DNA of 63,691 nt, the filler included, from Reclinomonas americana ATCC 50394 (taxonomy: Eukaryota), in NCBI GenBank assembly GCA_048213135.1. It is 15 parts of 13 records of this genome, joined end to end, with 100 filler letters (N's around TTAATTAATTAA, not from the genome) between each part and the next. Parts side by side here need not be neighbours in the genome. Positions count along the whole stretch, not along the records: positions 49,751 to 60,670 come from PS016035.1; positions 60,771 to 61,839 come from PS016037.1; positions 61,940 to 63,691 come from PS016039.1; 12 more parts are not named here. One strand, given 5' to 3'. Both the position numbers and the translations under genes were made by a program. Shown piece after piece: positions 52,560 through 63,691 of this stretch (positions are counted from its first letter, which is position 1; every line of letters starts with the position of its first letter). Under the pieces are notes generated by a model. That model was not told the DNA's origin and ran no database searches. It saw only the letters and a program-made list of their open reading frames with translations.

Positions 52560-55500
52560 GAGCGTGTGTGTGTGTGTGATATGCTCGCTCACGATTGTCA
52601 GCGTTTCCCGCCTTTCTTCTCCCGCCTTGCTCCGAGACGTCATTCATCCCTCGCTTGAATGTAGCCAGCACCCCACACAGCATACAGCAGTATGAGAGCG
52701 ACGTGGCTTCTTTGCTGCGTGTGGACTTTCGAAGACCGACACGGGAATCATGCGATATCGGCAGAATGGATATCGATCCATGGATGTGGTGACACAAGAG
52801 GGCGCTCCACTGCACCGTGCACGCACAGCTTCGACTGATCTGCATTCTCTATCAACGAGGACAGGAATGTCGGGCTGCTTGGATGTGCAGCTCTGGCTGA
52901 TGCCACGCACAGAACACCCGGAGTCTATTGCGAGTCATCGAAACCTCATACCTCCTTGGATCGGCCCACAGCGAGGTTGAGGTGACGCAATGAAGAACGA
53001 GAGCCACGAGGAACAGAAGAGGAGCGACCACATGGAAGAGGCAGCTGCGTCGTGAGGCTCGCCTCCCATCACCCAAATCACAATCACTGCCTTGTGCCTT
53101 CAATCACACTCACAGTCGGTCAGTGAATCATCTCACGCAGGTACAGTGTGGCACAGAACCAAGTGTCTTCGCATGCAAGTGGCCAATCACTTGTCGCCTG
53201 TCACACAAACATTTGTGTCAGTCAATCTCCAAGTCTCGCCAACTTGTTCCTCAACACGAGTGTAGAACACGCACTCACCATGTGTTGCTGGCGTCGCACG
53301 TGTGTGCAGTCTCCCATGGCCACCACCAACAAACTCACTTGGCAGTGCCAGCAGCAACCAATGTGCGTACATCATCGATCCGCTCCGACTTGGCAGCCGG
53401 GATTGAAAACGATCCACCGACCAGGCCACCATCGCACATCACGACACGCATGTGTACACCCACCCAGCCACGCACTCCATGACATGCACGGCCTGCACGA
53501 ATGAGGTGAGTGAGTGGGAAGGAGGAAAGAGGGATCAAGACGAACAAGGCCACCCACCTGCTTCGTGCATGGTGGGATGCGAGAAGGGAACCGAGTGAGT
53601 GAGGTGAGAGCCGGCAACGGGCAATGCACACCACGGACTCAAGCGTGTGCAGGAAAGGAGAGGTGGATGACTGGAGACGTAGATGAGCGCACAAAGGAGG
53701 GAGATGGTGGAGAAAGAGAGATTCAGCAAGGAACAGAGAGGGAGGGCTCGCGAGCGGAATGTCTCGCATCCTGCAGAGTCGGAAGGAGAATGTCCGCGGC
53801 GCACAGGTACAATGGGAAGCAGAGTATAGCGGCGCCAAGGAGGTGCGCAAAACAACACGCGAGGGAAACAATCATCGGCGACTCGCTCTCATGAGGCACG
53901 TACATCAGCGACGAAAGATGCACGCACAACAGACATCACACCGAGGGGAAAAGAAATCACAGACTCCAACTGATTCATCTCGCTTGCAACACACAAACTG
54001 AGGTGAGAAAGAGACACCCATACAGAGAGACATGCTTCACGCCGCACCTTCTCATTCATATGACAGGGAAACAAACACGGGAGAACAATTCATCATCATC
54101 ATCATCAACGACCTTTCTCTCCTCCTCTGTCGTCCTCTCTTCCCCCTCCAGAACCCCGCACAGCCACCCACTCTCCCTTGTACGACACGAAACAACTCAC
54201 AATCACCAGCAACCACCGCTCTCCCTCCCTCCGACTCACCAGCTCAGCACCGAAAAAGGACAACCTCGGCATCCTCGACGATGAAACAGCGCAGAACCAG
54301 CTCCGAAAGGCATCTTGAATCTACTTCCTCTTCGTCCTCCTGCATCTCTTGCACAGCCCGCGTGGCCGACCGCGCAGCGTCAAGTTCGAAGCGAGCAAGG
54401 CCACGCGACGTGGACCACACTCGTATTATTGTCATGCCACCGCCACCCGCACTCACAATGTGCAAACCATCGGGAGAGACGGCCACAGACGATACCCATT
54501 CGTCATGAGCCTCCAACCGTCGCACTTCCTCCCCGCTTGCCAGCGACCACACCCGCACGGTGCTGTCTCCGCTCCCGCTCACGATATGCTGGCCATCGGG
54601 AGTAACAGCGACGCAATGCACCCAGTCAGTGTGTCCCACCAGCCGACGCACTTCACTTCCAGTCGCCAGCGACCACACTCGCACGGCGCGGTCGTCGCAC
54701 CCACTGACGATATGCTGACTGTCGGGAGTGACGACAACAGACTGCACCCATCCAGTGTGTCCATCCAGCCGACGCACTTCTTCGCCGCTCGCCAGCAACC
54801 AAACCCGCACTGTGTTGTCCCCACCGCCACTCACCACATGCTGACCATCGGGAGTGACTGTGACGCAATACACCCCTCCAGTGCCTCCTTCTAACCGTCG
54901 CACCTCCTCGCCACTCGTCAGAGACCATACCCGCACGGTCTTGTCCCAACTACCACTCATGATGTGCTGACCATCTGGGGTGACGGCGACAGAGTATACC
55001 ACATCAGAGTGGCCCCCCAACCGTCGAACCTCTTCTCCACTCGCCAGCGACCACACACATACTGTGTTGTCTTGACCCCCACTGATAATGTGCAGGCCAT
55101 CAAGAGTGACGGCGACAGACATTACCCAGTCAGTGTGCCCCTCCAGCCGTCGCACCTCCTTGCCACTTGCGAGAGACCACATTCGAACGCTGCTGTCGTC
55201 ACACCCACCGACAATGTGTTCGCCAGTGGGAGTGACGGTGACGGATCGCACTACTGTGAGACCCTGAATGATCTGCGTCGATCACCCGCGGGTGAGACGC
55301 GCACACAGCAGCGACATTCGAAGACACGCACACACAAGCACACAAACAACTGCCGCTCACATGCACAGGCACACGAATGCACGCACAGACACCAACCACG
55401 CAAAAGTGCGCATACTTTCACACCTTTGTTGCCATTCTCCGTGTGTGTGATTTGCTCGCTCGGGATTGTTACTGTTTCCCGCCTTTCTTCTCCCGCCTTG

Positions 55501-57590
55501 GTCTGAGACGTCGTCCATCCCTCGTCAGGCTGCAGCCAGCAAACAACAGCAACCGGCAGTGTGAGTGACGTGGCTTCGTTGATGCATGCGGGCTTTCGAA
55601 GACCGACATGTGACAGGTCGATGAGAAATCGGCAGAATGGACTAGCAAGGTGACGACACGAGGTTGGCGCTCCACTGCACGGTGCATGTCCAGCGACACT
55701 CTCTTTCGACTGACCTGCATTATCTCTCAACAAGGACTCGCATGTCGGGCTCCCTGGTGTGCTGATGCCATGGCACACCCGAGAATCCATAAAGCACCAA
55801 GTCTTTGAAACCTCACGCCTCCTTGGATCGGCCCACAGCGAGGTTGATGAGGGCACCATGATGGTACAAGGGAGAATGAGAGTCACAGGGAACAGGAGAG
55901 GAACGACCAGTACAGTAGCACGTGCACAGTGGTGGAAGAGGCAGCTGCGTCGTGAGGCTCGCCTCCTCTCACCCAACTCACAATCAATGCCTCGTGTCTT
56001 CAATCACACTCACAGTCGGTCGGTGAATCGTCTTATGCATGCACTGTGTGGCACGGAACCACGTGTCTTCGCATGCCAGTCACTTGCCAGCACGCCTGTC
56101 ACACAGAATTGAGTTAGTCAATCTCCAAGTCTCACCAACTTACTCATCAACGCAGATGCAGAACACGTACGCACCAGGCCACGCGCGCGTCTGCAGTTTC
56201 CCATGGCCATCACCATCATTACTTGGCGGCGACAGCAGCAACCAAGAAGCGCACATCATCGATCCGCTCTGACTTGCCAACCGGGATCGAGAACGATCCA
56301 CCGACCAGGCCACCCATCGGGAAACACGACACGCATGTGTCCACCCATGAGTAGATTGCCGAGCACGCGTCTGCAGTCTTCCATGGCCACCAGCATCATC
56401 ACTCGACAGAGACGGCGGCAGCCAAGGTGCGCACACCATCGATCCGCGCAGACCCGCCAGGCGGGATTGAAAACGATCCACCGACCAGGCCATCCATCGC
56501 ACATCACGACACACATGTGTACATCCACCCAGCCACGCTCTCCATGACGTGCACGGCCTGCATAATTGAGGTGAGTGGGAGGGAAGGAGGAGAGAGAGAT
56601 CACGAAGAACAGGGCCACACAACTGCTGAGTGCATGGTGGGATGCAAGTGGGGAGCCGAGTGAGCGAGGTGACGGTCGACAACGGGCGATGCACAGTACG
56701 CCTGCAATCATAACGGAACAACGAGGGGGACCTGCCCCTAAGTGTGAACGAAGAATGGAGGAAGGAGAGAGATATCTGCTCTGTCTCAACGACGAACACA
56801 CCGATCAGCACCTGATGCCAACACGCGGTTGGTCAAGAGGCAAGCCAAGGGACGCTCACACAACCATCCTGCAAGGGAGAGAAGGAGCAGAGTCAGTATG
56901 CAGGTATGCCACCTCACACACTTCGGCATCGGGAAGCTCACCATGATGGACTGGCAGGATGGCAATCGGAAAACGGTGAGCAGACCAGCATGCTCAGTCT
57001 CGAGCTTGTGCGGCAAGGATGGGGTGGATGACTGGGGAGCAGATAAGCGCACAAAGGAGGGAGACGGTGGAGAAAGAGAGAGACTCTGCAAGGGAGAAAA
57101 AGGGAGAGCGGAATGACATGCATTCTTCGGGGCGGAAGAAGAATGTCCGCGGCGCACGTGCACGATGAGAGGAAAAAATGTGGCACCAAGAAGGTGAATC
57201 AAGAAGCGAGGAAACAAACATCGGTGACTCGCTCTCCCGAGGCACATACATGCACGGCTCAGGATGAACGCACAACACAACAAATATCACAACGAGACAA
57301 GAAAGACACAACAGCCTCCCAAGCAATCCATCGCGCTCGCACAGAAAACTCAGGTGAGAAAGAGACGTACAGAGGGAGACATGCTTCACGACTGCACACT
57401 GTCATTCACATGGCACAACAAGATGCACGGGAGAACAATACACCACCACCACCAACGATCTCTCTGCCTTCCTTTGCCATCTTCTCTTCCCCCACCTGCA
57501 TCCCGCATGATCATGACCACCCGCTCTCCTTCGCAAGACACGAAAAACAACTCACAGTCACCAGTAGCCACCTCTCTCCCTTCGACTCAC
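52560..57590. repeat. Segmental tandem duplication unit of the WD40 array (non-coding flanks shared between copies)
   Basis: 52560-54240 aligns block by block with 55440-57590, e.g. GGAAGAGGCAGCTGCGTCGTGAGGCTCGCCTCC, GATTGAAAACGATCCACCGACCAGGCCA and GAATGTCCGCGGCGCAC. Confidence 0.85.
54244..55435 (-). CDS. WD40-repeat protein copy 4, complete (MATK + 7 repeats + type A C-terminal domain)
   Basis: ATGGCAACAAAG|GTGTGA, acceptor GACGCAG|ATC, seven WD40 repeats, tail GLARFELDAARSATRAVQEMQEDEEEVDSRCLSELVLRCFIVEDAEV. Confidence 0.93.
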
Positions 57591-57594
57591 CGAC

Positions 57595-58784
57595 TCAGCA
57601 CCGGAAAGAGACGACCTCGGCATCCTCCGCGATGAAGCAGCGCAGAACCAGCTCGGCAAGACATCGTGAATCTTCCTCCTCCTCGGTGGCACTCCTCTCC
57701 TCCTGCATCTCCTGCACAGCTCGCATGGCCGAGCGTGCGGCATCGAGTTCGAAGTGAGCAAGGCCACGCGGAGACGACCACACTCGCACGGTGCTGTCTC
57801 CACCCCCACTCACAATGTGCTGACCGTCGGGAGAGACGGCGACACAATACACACATCCGCCATGTCCCTCCAACCGTCGCACCTCCTCACCACTCTCCAG
57901 AGACCACACCCGAATGGTGCTGTCTCCACTCCCACTCACGACATGCTGGCCATCGGAGGTGACGGCGACAGACGTCACCCAGTCAGTGTGTCCCTCCAAC
58001 TGTCGCACCTCCTCACCACTTGCCAGTGACCACACCCACACTGCGTGCTCACTGCCACTCACGATGTGCTGACCATCGTAAGTGACGGCAACAGAGTACA
58101 CCCATTCAGTGCGTCCCTCCAGCCGTCGCACTTCTTCCCCGCTCGCCAGCAACCACACCCGCACGGTGTCGTCGAAACTGCCGCTCACAATGTGCTTACC
58201 ATCGGGAGTGACGACGACAGACAACACCCTTGCAGTGTGCCCCTCCAGCCGTCGTATCTCCTCCCCACTCGCCAGTGACCACACCCGGATGGTGCTGTCT
58301 CCACCACCACTCACGATGTGCTGACCATCGGGGGTTACGACGACACAATACACCCATCCAGTGTGTCCCACCAGCCGTCGCACCTCCATTCCACTCTCCA
58401 GCAACCACACACGTAGGGTGTTGTCTCCACCGCCACTGACAACGTGCCGGCCATCAGGGGTGACGGCGACAGACTGCAACCACGCAGTGTGTCCCTCCAG
58501 CCGTCGCACCTCTTTGCCACTCGCCAGTGACCACACTCGGACGGTAATGTCCATGCATCCACCAACAATGTGCTTGCCGTCGGGAGTGATCGTGACGGAT
58601 CCCACTACTGCGAGACTCTGAATGATCTGTATCAAGCACTCGCGATGAGACGCACACACAACATCAACTTTCAGAAGACACGTACATACACACAATCAAC
58701 AACCGCACACACGCACGAGCACACGAATGCACGCACAGACACCAACCACGCAAAGTGCGCACACATTCACACCTTTGTTGCCAT
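57595..58784 (-). CDS. WD40-repeat protein copy 5, complete (MATK + 7 repeats + type A C-terminal domain)
   Basis: Same two-exon structure, tail GLAHFELDAARSAMRAVQEMQE...DSRCLAELVLRCFIAEDAEV. Confidence 0.93.
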
Positions 58785-58789
58785 TCTCC

Positions 58790-58821
<32 letters not shown>

Positions 58822-59728
58822 GCGTGCGTGTGTGTGTGTGTGCGAGAAAGAGAAAGAGAGTTTGTGTGTGTGCGTGCGTGCGTGCGTGTGTGTGTGTGTG
58901 TGAATTAAATAGAAGCACCAACTAGTACTGTGATTCATCCGACGGAACATCAACATCAACTCTCTCTCGCGCGTGTGTGTGCGCCTCGTGGTGCTGTCTG
59001 TGTTTCTGTACCCCCTGTCTCTCCGCATCCTCGTCGTGGTGCTACATTCTCAACCAGCAATGTGAGCGAGATGTTGCGGCATTGAATGTGCATGCATGCA
59101 TGCCAGTTCTTACTCGACACGCCTCGAACGTCAACCCCTCTGTGTCACGGGCGGAGAGTCCAGCAACACACGATTCACAAAGAGAGCAACGAGGCAGCGC
59201 AGTTCGTGAGTGCGGTGCGTCACACCATTTGTTCAGGACACACACACATGCGGGAAACGAGTGCGCAGGGCAAGTGCACTCCCTCCCTCCTCGTGGCGTG
59301 TGTGGCGAGATGGGTGGCCCTCTGAATCGATGCTTAATGCGCTCTCCATGTTCATGCGGTGCCGGCGCCAGTGTGAGAGGGGGAGGCGGGCAATGATTGC
59401 CAGTGGCCGCTGCTTCAACGCCGCGTTCGAATGACAGGGCGACATGAAGGCACAAGCACAAGGCGGGTGGGTGGGTGAGAGAGCGAGGACTCGCCCAACG
59501 CCGAGCAGCACGCATATCTATTCATTCCATGGCCTCACCTCAACCACCCACACACACACGCCTCGCACTCGGGATTCTCTTCTTGCGCACTGCACCGTGC
59601 TGTGTTGTATCTGCTTTCCGGCTGCCTCCACTTGACAAGGCAGTGGAGAAGAACGTGTGAGGCCGTGTGGCGGTCAACAGGAGAGAGTTGCACACACACA
59701 GCCATCGGTCTTCGTACATTCATTGAGC

Positions 59729-60022
59729 TCACTCCGTCCAGCACCATCCAGGCGCACGGCGTTCAATCACCTCTGCATCCTCCAGCACAAAACATCGCAG
59801 CGCGACGTCGACCAGGATCCAGTCGCGATCATCTTCGTCGACAAGCACCTCGTTGACGGCCAGCACGGCCAGTCGTGCGGCCGCAAGCTCTTGCCTCGCA
59901 AGCCCACGCGGCGTGGACCACACACGGATCGATTTATTCGCACTGCCACTCACGACGAGCTGGCCATCGGGAGTAACGTCGACAGAGTATACCCATCCAG
60001 TGTGTCCCCCCCAACCGTCAAC
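59729..60022 (-). pseudogene. WD40 family copy 6, truncated to one repeat + type B C-terminal domain
   Basis: GHTGWVYSVDVTPDGQLVVSGSANKSIRVWSTPRGLARQELAAARLAV...DWILVDVALRCFVLEDAEV. The preceding VRRLEG linker is frameshifted (GTGTTGACGGTTGGGGGGGACAC) and unrelated sequence follows upstream. Confidence 0.65.
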
Positions 60023-60459
60023 ACTGCGCAACAGGAACAAAGGAAAGAAAGAAGAAACAATCAGATGAGAGAGTGGGTTGTGACGCAAGAGGACAGACAT
60101 CGGCGAACGGGATGCAATGAGGGGAATGAGTGAGGAGTAGCGTGCTGCAATTACGTGGGTGCAAAAGGAAGAGAAGAGAGGGTAGGCACAAATCGGAGTG
60201 GGGAGGAAGAGGATAGCAAGCGAGGAACGCGGCACAGTGACGAGCAAGCATCCCTCAATCGACACGAAGCAGAACAATGCGAGACGAGAAGAAAGAGAGA
60301 GTGGGCGCACGGAGGCATGAACAATGCAAGTGCATGACATGAAGGAAGGAGAAAATGGCGGATCTTGAGAAGCGGACGATGGAGAGGAGGGAGGCATTGA
60401 AAGGGAGGCCACTGAAGAGCGCTCAGCTAATTATAACAAAGAAGAGAACGAAATGAGGT

Positions 60460-61840
60460 GAGAAGGAGAGTGGGCGGATGCGTGAAAGATGCAAGTGAAA
60501 AGAGATCAAAGAAGGAGAAAGGGACCGAAAAGGGAAGTCCTTGAAGCACAGAGAGGTGAGGAGAAGGAGAGTGAGAGTGGATGGAGGCGTGAAGGATGCA
60601 AGTGAAAAGAGATCAAGGAAGGAGAAAGGGACCGAAAAGGGAAGTCCTTGAAGCACAGAGAGGTGAGGAGNNNNNNNNNNNNNNNNNNNNNNNNNNNNNN
60701 NNNNNNNNNNNNNNTTAATTAATTAANNNNNNNNNNNNNNNNNNNNNNNNNNNNNNNNNNNNNNNNNNNNAGACACACAGCCGTGCTCTCACCAAGAGAG
60801 GAGGAGGAGAAGAGGGATAAGAGAGTTGAGAGAGAGAGAGAGGAAGGTGAATAGGGAGAGAGTATGTGGGAGGAAGAATTGTGCAACCAAGCGGAGCAAT
60901 GGCGAGTCAATGCACGAAGACACACAACACGTATGGCGAGAGAGGAGGAGGAGAGAAGAAAAAGAGAGGCAGGGAGAAGAGAGTTGAGAGAGAGGAAGGG
61001 AGGTGAATAGGGAGAGAGTACGTGGGAGGAAGAATTGTGCAATCACGCGGAGCACTGGCGAGTCAATCCACTTTCAGCAAGAGAAGGGACGAGAATGAGT
61101 GAAAGCGAATGAGGTGAATGAAACAGGAAATACAAAGCAATTCGAGTGGGCGGAATGGTATACATCAGGCGATTCCACGCACGCAGACACACACAGCCGT
61201 ATACATCAGGCGATTCCACGCACGCAGACACACACAGCCGTGCGTGCTCTCAGCAAGAGAGGTAGACGAGGAGAGGAAGGGAGGCGAAGAGGGATGCGTG
61301 TGGGCGGAAGAACTGTGCAATCAAGCGGAGCAGTGCACGAAGACACGCAACACGAATGGCGAGAGAGGAGGAGGAGGAGAGGGAGAGAGTGAGACAGAAG
61401 AGAAGAAAGGGAGAAGAAGGGAGGCGAAGAGAAAGGAACGGTGGAAGGGAGGAAGAGAGGTAGAATTGTGCAATCAAGCGGAGCAATGGCGAGTTGATGC
61501 ACGTTGGTACACACAGTCATGCTCTCAGCAAGAGGAGGAAGAGGAGAGGAAGGGAGCTCGAGGCGAAGGTAGGTGAAGATTGCGTGTGGGCGGAAGAACT
61601 GTACCATTACGAGGAAGCAGTGGCGAATCCAAGCACGAAGACACGCAACATGCACGGCGAGAGAGGCGACGAGATATATAGAGAAAGAATGAGACAGCAA
61701 GGTAGGTAGGGAGTGGAGAGAGGGAGAGAGGAAGAGAGAGGAAGGGAGGAAGGGGGAAGAATTGTGCAATCACGAGGAGCACTGACGAGTCAATGCACAC
61801 AGATACACACAGCCGTGCTCTCAGCAAGAGAGGAGGAGGN
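60460..61840. repeat. Degenerate direct repeats in purine-rich sequence
   Basis: GAAGAATTGTGCAA.CAAGCGGAGCA.TGGCGAGTCAATGCAC and ACACACAGCCGTGCTCTC recur many times. A ~110-bp duplication lies at 60485-60670. Confidence 0.8.
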
Positions 61841-61942
61841 NNNNNNNNNNNNNNNNNNNNNNNNNNNNNNNNNNNNNNNNNNNTTAATTAATTAANNNNN
61901 NNNNNNNNNNNNNNNNNNNNNNNNNNNNNNNNNNNNNNNTAG

Positions 61943-62156
61943 ATTGTCGGCCACTCTTGATCCCGAGTCTCCGTCGGAGGCTGCCGCCGCCACTGCCACC
62001 TCTGGCAGCGGTTCGTCGGGTGCGCTCCCCACTGCTTCTGGCAGTGGCAGCGGCTCTCGTGGCCACGCTGCTCACGGTGGTAGCAGTGCTGCTGCACCGT
62101 CGTCGCCGGAAGGCCGCCGCTCTCCTCGCCGGTCGCGCAGCACGCGACACAAGTGA
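61943..62156 (+). CDS. Probable terminal exon of an unknown gene (Ser/Gly/Ala-rich)
   Basis: TAG acceptor at the contig start, then open frame LSATLDPESPSEAAA...RRSPRRSRSTRHK-TGA. Confidence 0.45.
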
Positions 62157-63691
62157 GAGGAGTGTGTTATCCAGTCCTTGTTTATTGCTTTTTCTCCTTG
62201 GCTTGCTTGTTTAATGTGCCTGCACTTTCTGCTCTGCGCTTTTACGCGTCGGCTGTGTCTTTTTGCTGTCGCTCCTGCTTCCGTTTCCTCCTGCAGCATT
62301 GCTTGATTTATTGCGTGCTGTTTTATGCATCGTCGCCGGTGTGAGGAGACGGACATGAGCGGCACAGCTGCGCAGCTGGCGTGAGTGCCGAGCAAGTAAC
62401 TCCCCCTATTTCTTCTCTATCCCCCCCATCTATGTGTGCGGCCGCGTGAGTCGTGGCCACGTGGCTCTCGAATCGGCTACCCCTCGTGTGCTTGTGTGTG
62501 TGCGTGCATGTGCGTGCGTGCATGTATGTCGGTGTGTGTGTGTGGCGGTGGATGTGGAGGTATCTGTTGGCGGAACGAGTGAGTGTGTGTGCAGTCTGTT
62601 TGGGCGAACCTGGTTTGCTGTTTTTTCCGGCAATTCTCCCGGTTTCGCCTTCGTGTCTTGCCTGCACTCGCCGTCCGTTTTCTCCACTCTCTCCCCCCCC
62701 CCTGTACCCCGTCTCTGTCGCTGTCGCGCTCTCTTCACCACCTACTGCGGTGTTGTTGCCGGAACCCGAATCCCCAAATCCAAAAATCGTGTCTCTGTGG
62801 CTCTCTGTCTCGTTGTATTTCGCGAATCTCTCCTTCTTCCTCTGTGTATGCATATTTCTCTTGTAGGCAATAGTGAAAGTAAAGCAAGGAAACTGGTGAC
62901 ATTGACGTGGCGTCAGTACTACTGGCGTCCACAGAAAAAAAACTTGCAATTGTGCAAGTTTTAGTTGTAGAAGGAAAGCACACGAGACTTGTTGGCGATC
63001 ACTGGTAGATGCTCATTGTTGTGTATGGATCAGTGAAGTTTCTATTATATGCATGATCTCATCCAATTAGCTGGTAATAGATTATTGCCCAAATAGTTCC
63101 GCCCATTCTCTCTTCCCTCTTGCCTTCCACCTCTCCATCTCCTTTCCTTTCTCTACATATTTTCTATCCGCGAGGCGGGGAGAAAGGGGAAACATGATCG
63201 CGACCGTTTCGAACAAAAGCGCCCAATTGTCCCCACCGTAACGGTCCAGCACGCATTTTCACAACACACACACACACACTTCACACGCACGCACGCGCGC
63301 ACGCACCTGCGTTTCGCACACACACGCACACACACGCACACACTTCACCACCCCCACGCGCGCGTGTGCACACACATCCCCTGCGCGCGCACAGTGGACA
63401 CAGTGTGCCTCTCCAGCAAAGCGCGGGAATTTCGAAAAAGGTGGTTTATCGTTCCTCCTCTCTCTGCTCGTTCCTTTTCAATCCGTTGTGCATCTTTCGT
63501 TGCTTATTACTTTGGTCGTTGTTACGCGTGAGTAGGCAACCTGCACTCTCGCACACACACGCACACACGATTGGATTGATAGAGTCATGTGGACGTCTGT
63601 CTGTCTCTTTTCCCTCTCTCTCCTCTCCTGCTGGTGTGCCTGCACTCCTCTTCATCCATGTGCGTGTGTGAGTGAGAGAGAGAGAGCACGC

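Noticed and set aside
48174..60022. Calling the WD40 genes NLR/NACHT receptors
   Set aside because: Complete copies start with a 4-codon exon directly before the repeats, and no P-loop NTPase domain is present.

Overview
Eukaryotic, intron-rich, microsatellite-rich nuclear DNA from a draft assembly. It is probably from a flagellated protist (inferred from a SPATA4/SPEF1-like gene and a CTFxP-repeat cytoskeletal gene). Contigs are joined by artificial N-TTAATTAATTAA-N linkers. I reconstructed spliced genes by hand: an ARF fragment, ALDH7A1, a PD-(D/E)xK-like plus kinase (Crinkler-like) gene, a PQ-loop transporter, a long SPATA4-like protein, CWC24/RNF113A, a CTFxP-repeat protein, a homeobox gene, a TMEM128-like gene, a divergent actin, a non-LTR retroelement fragment, and an array of 6-7 WD40 genes sharing an unrecognised C-terminal domain. 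Two signals stand out. (1) About 19 introns use a one-base-shifted donor, GTTGCG/GTTGTG/GTTGAG, always after a non-G exon end, whereas G-ending exons use GTNCGT/GTGAG-type donors; at least 4 GC-AG introns also occur. (2) The WD40 array has highly similar repeats that vary at ligand-face positions and a C-terminal motif loosely like an F-box/SOCS box, suggesting a diversifying receptor or ubiquitin-adaptor family. All gene models are manual and lack transcript support.
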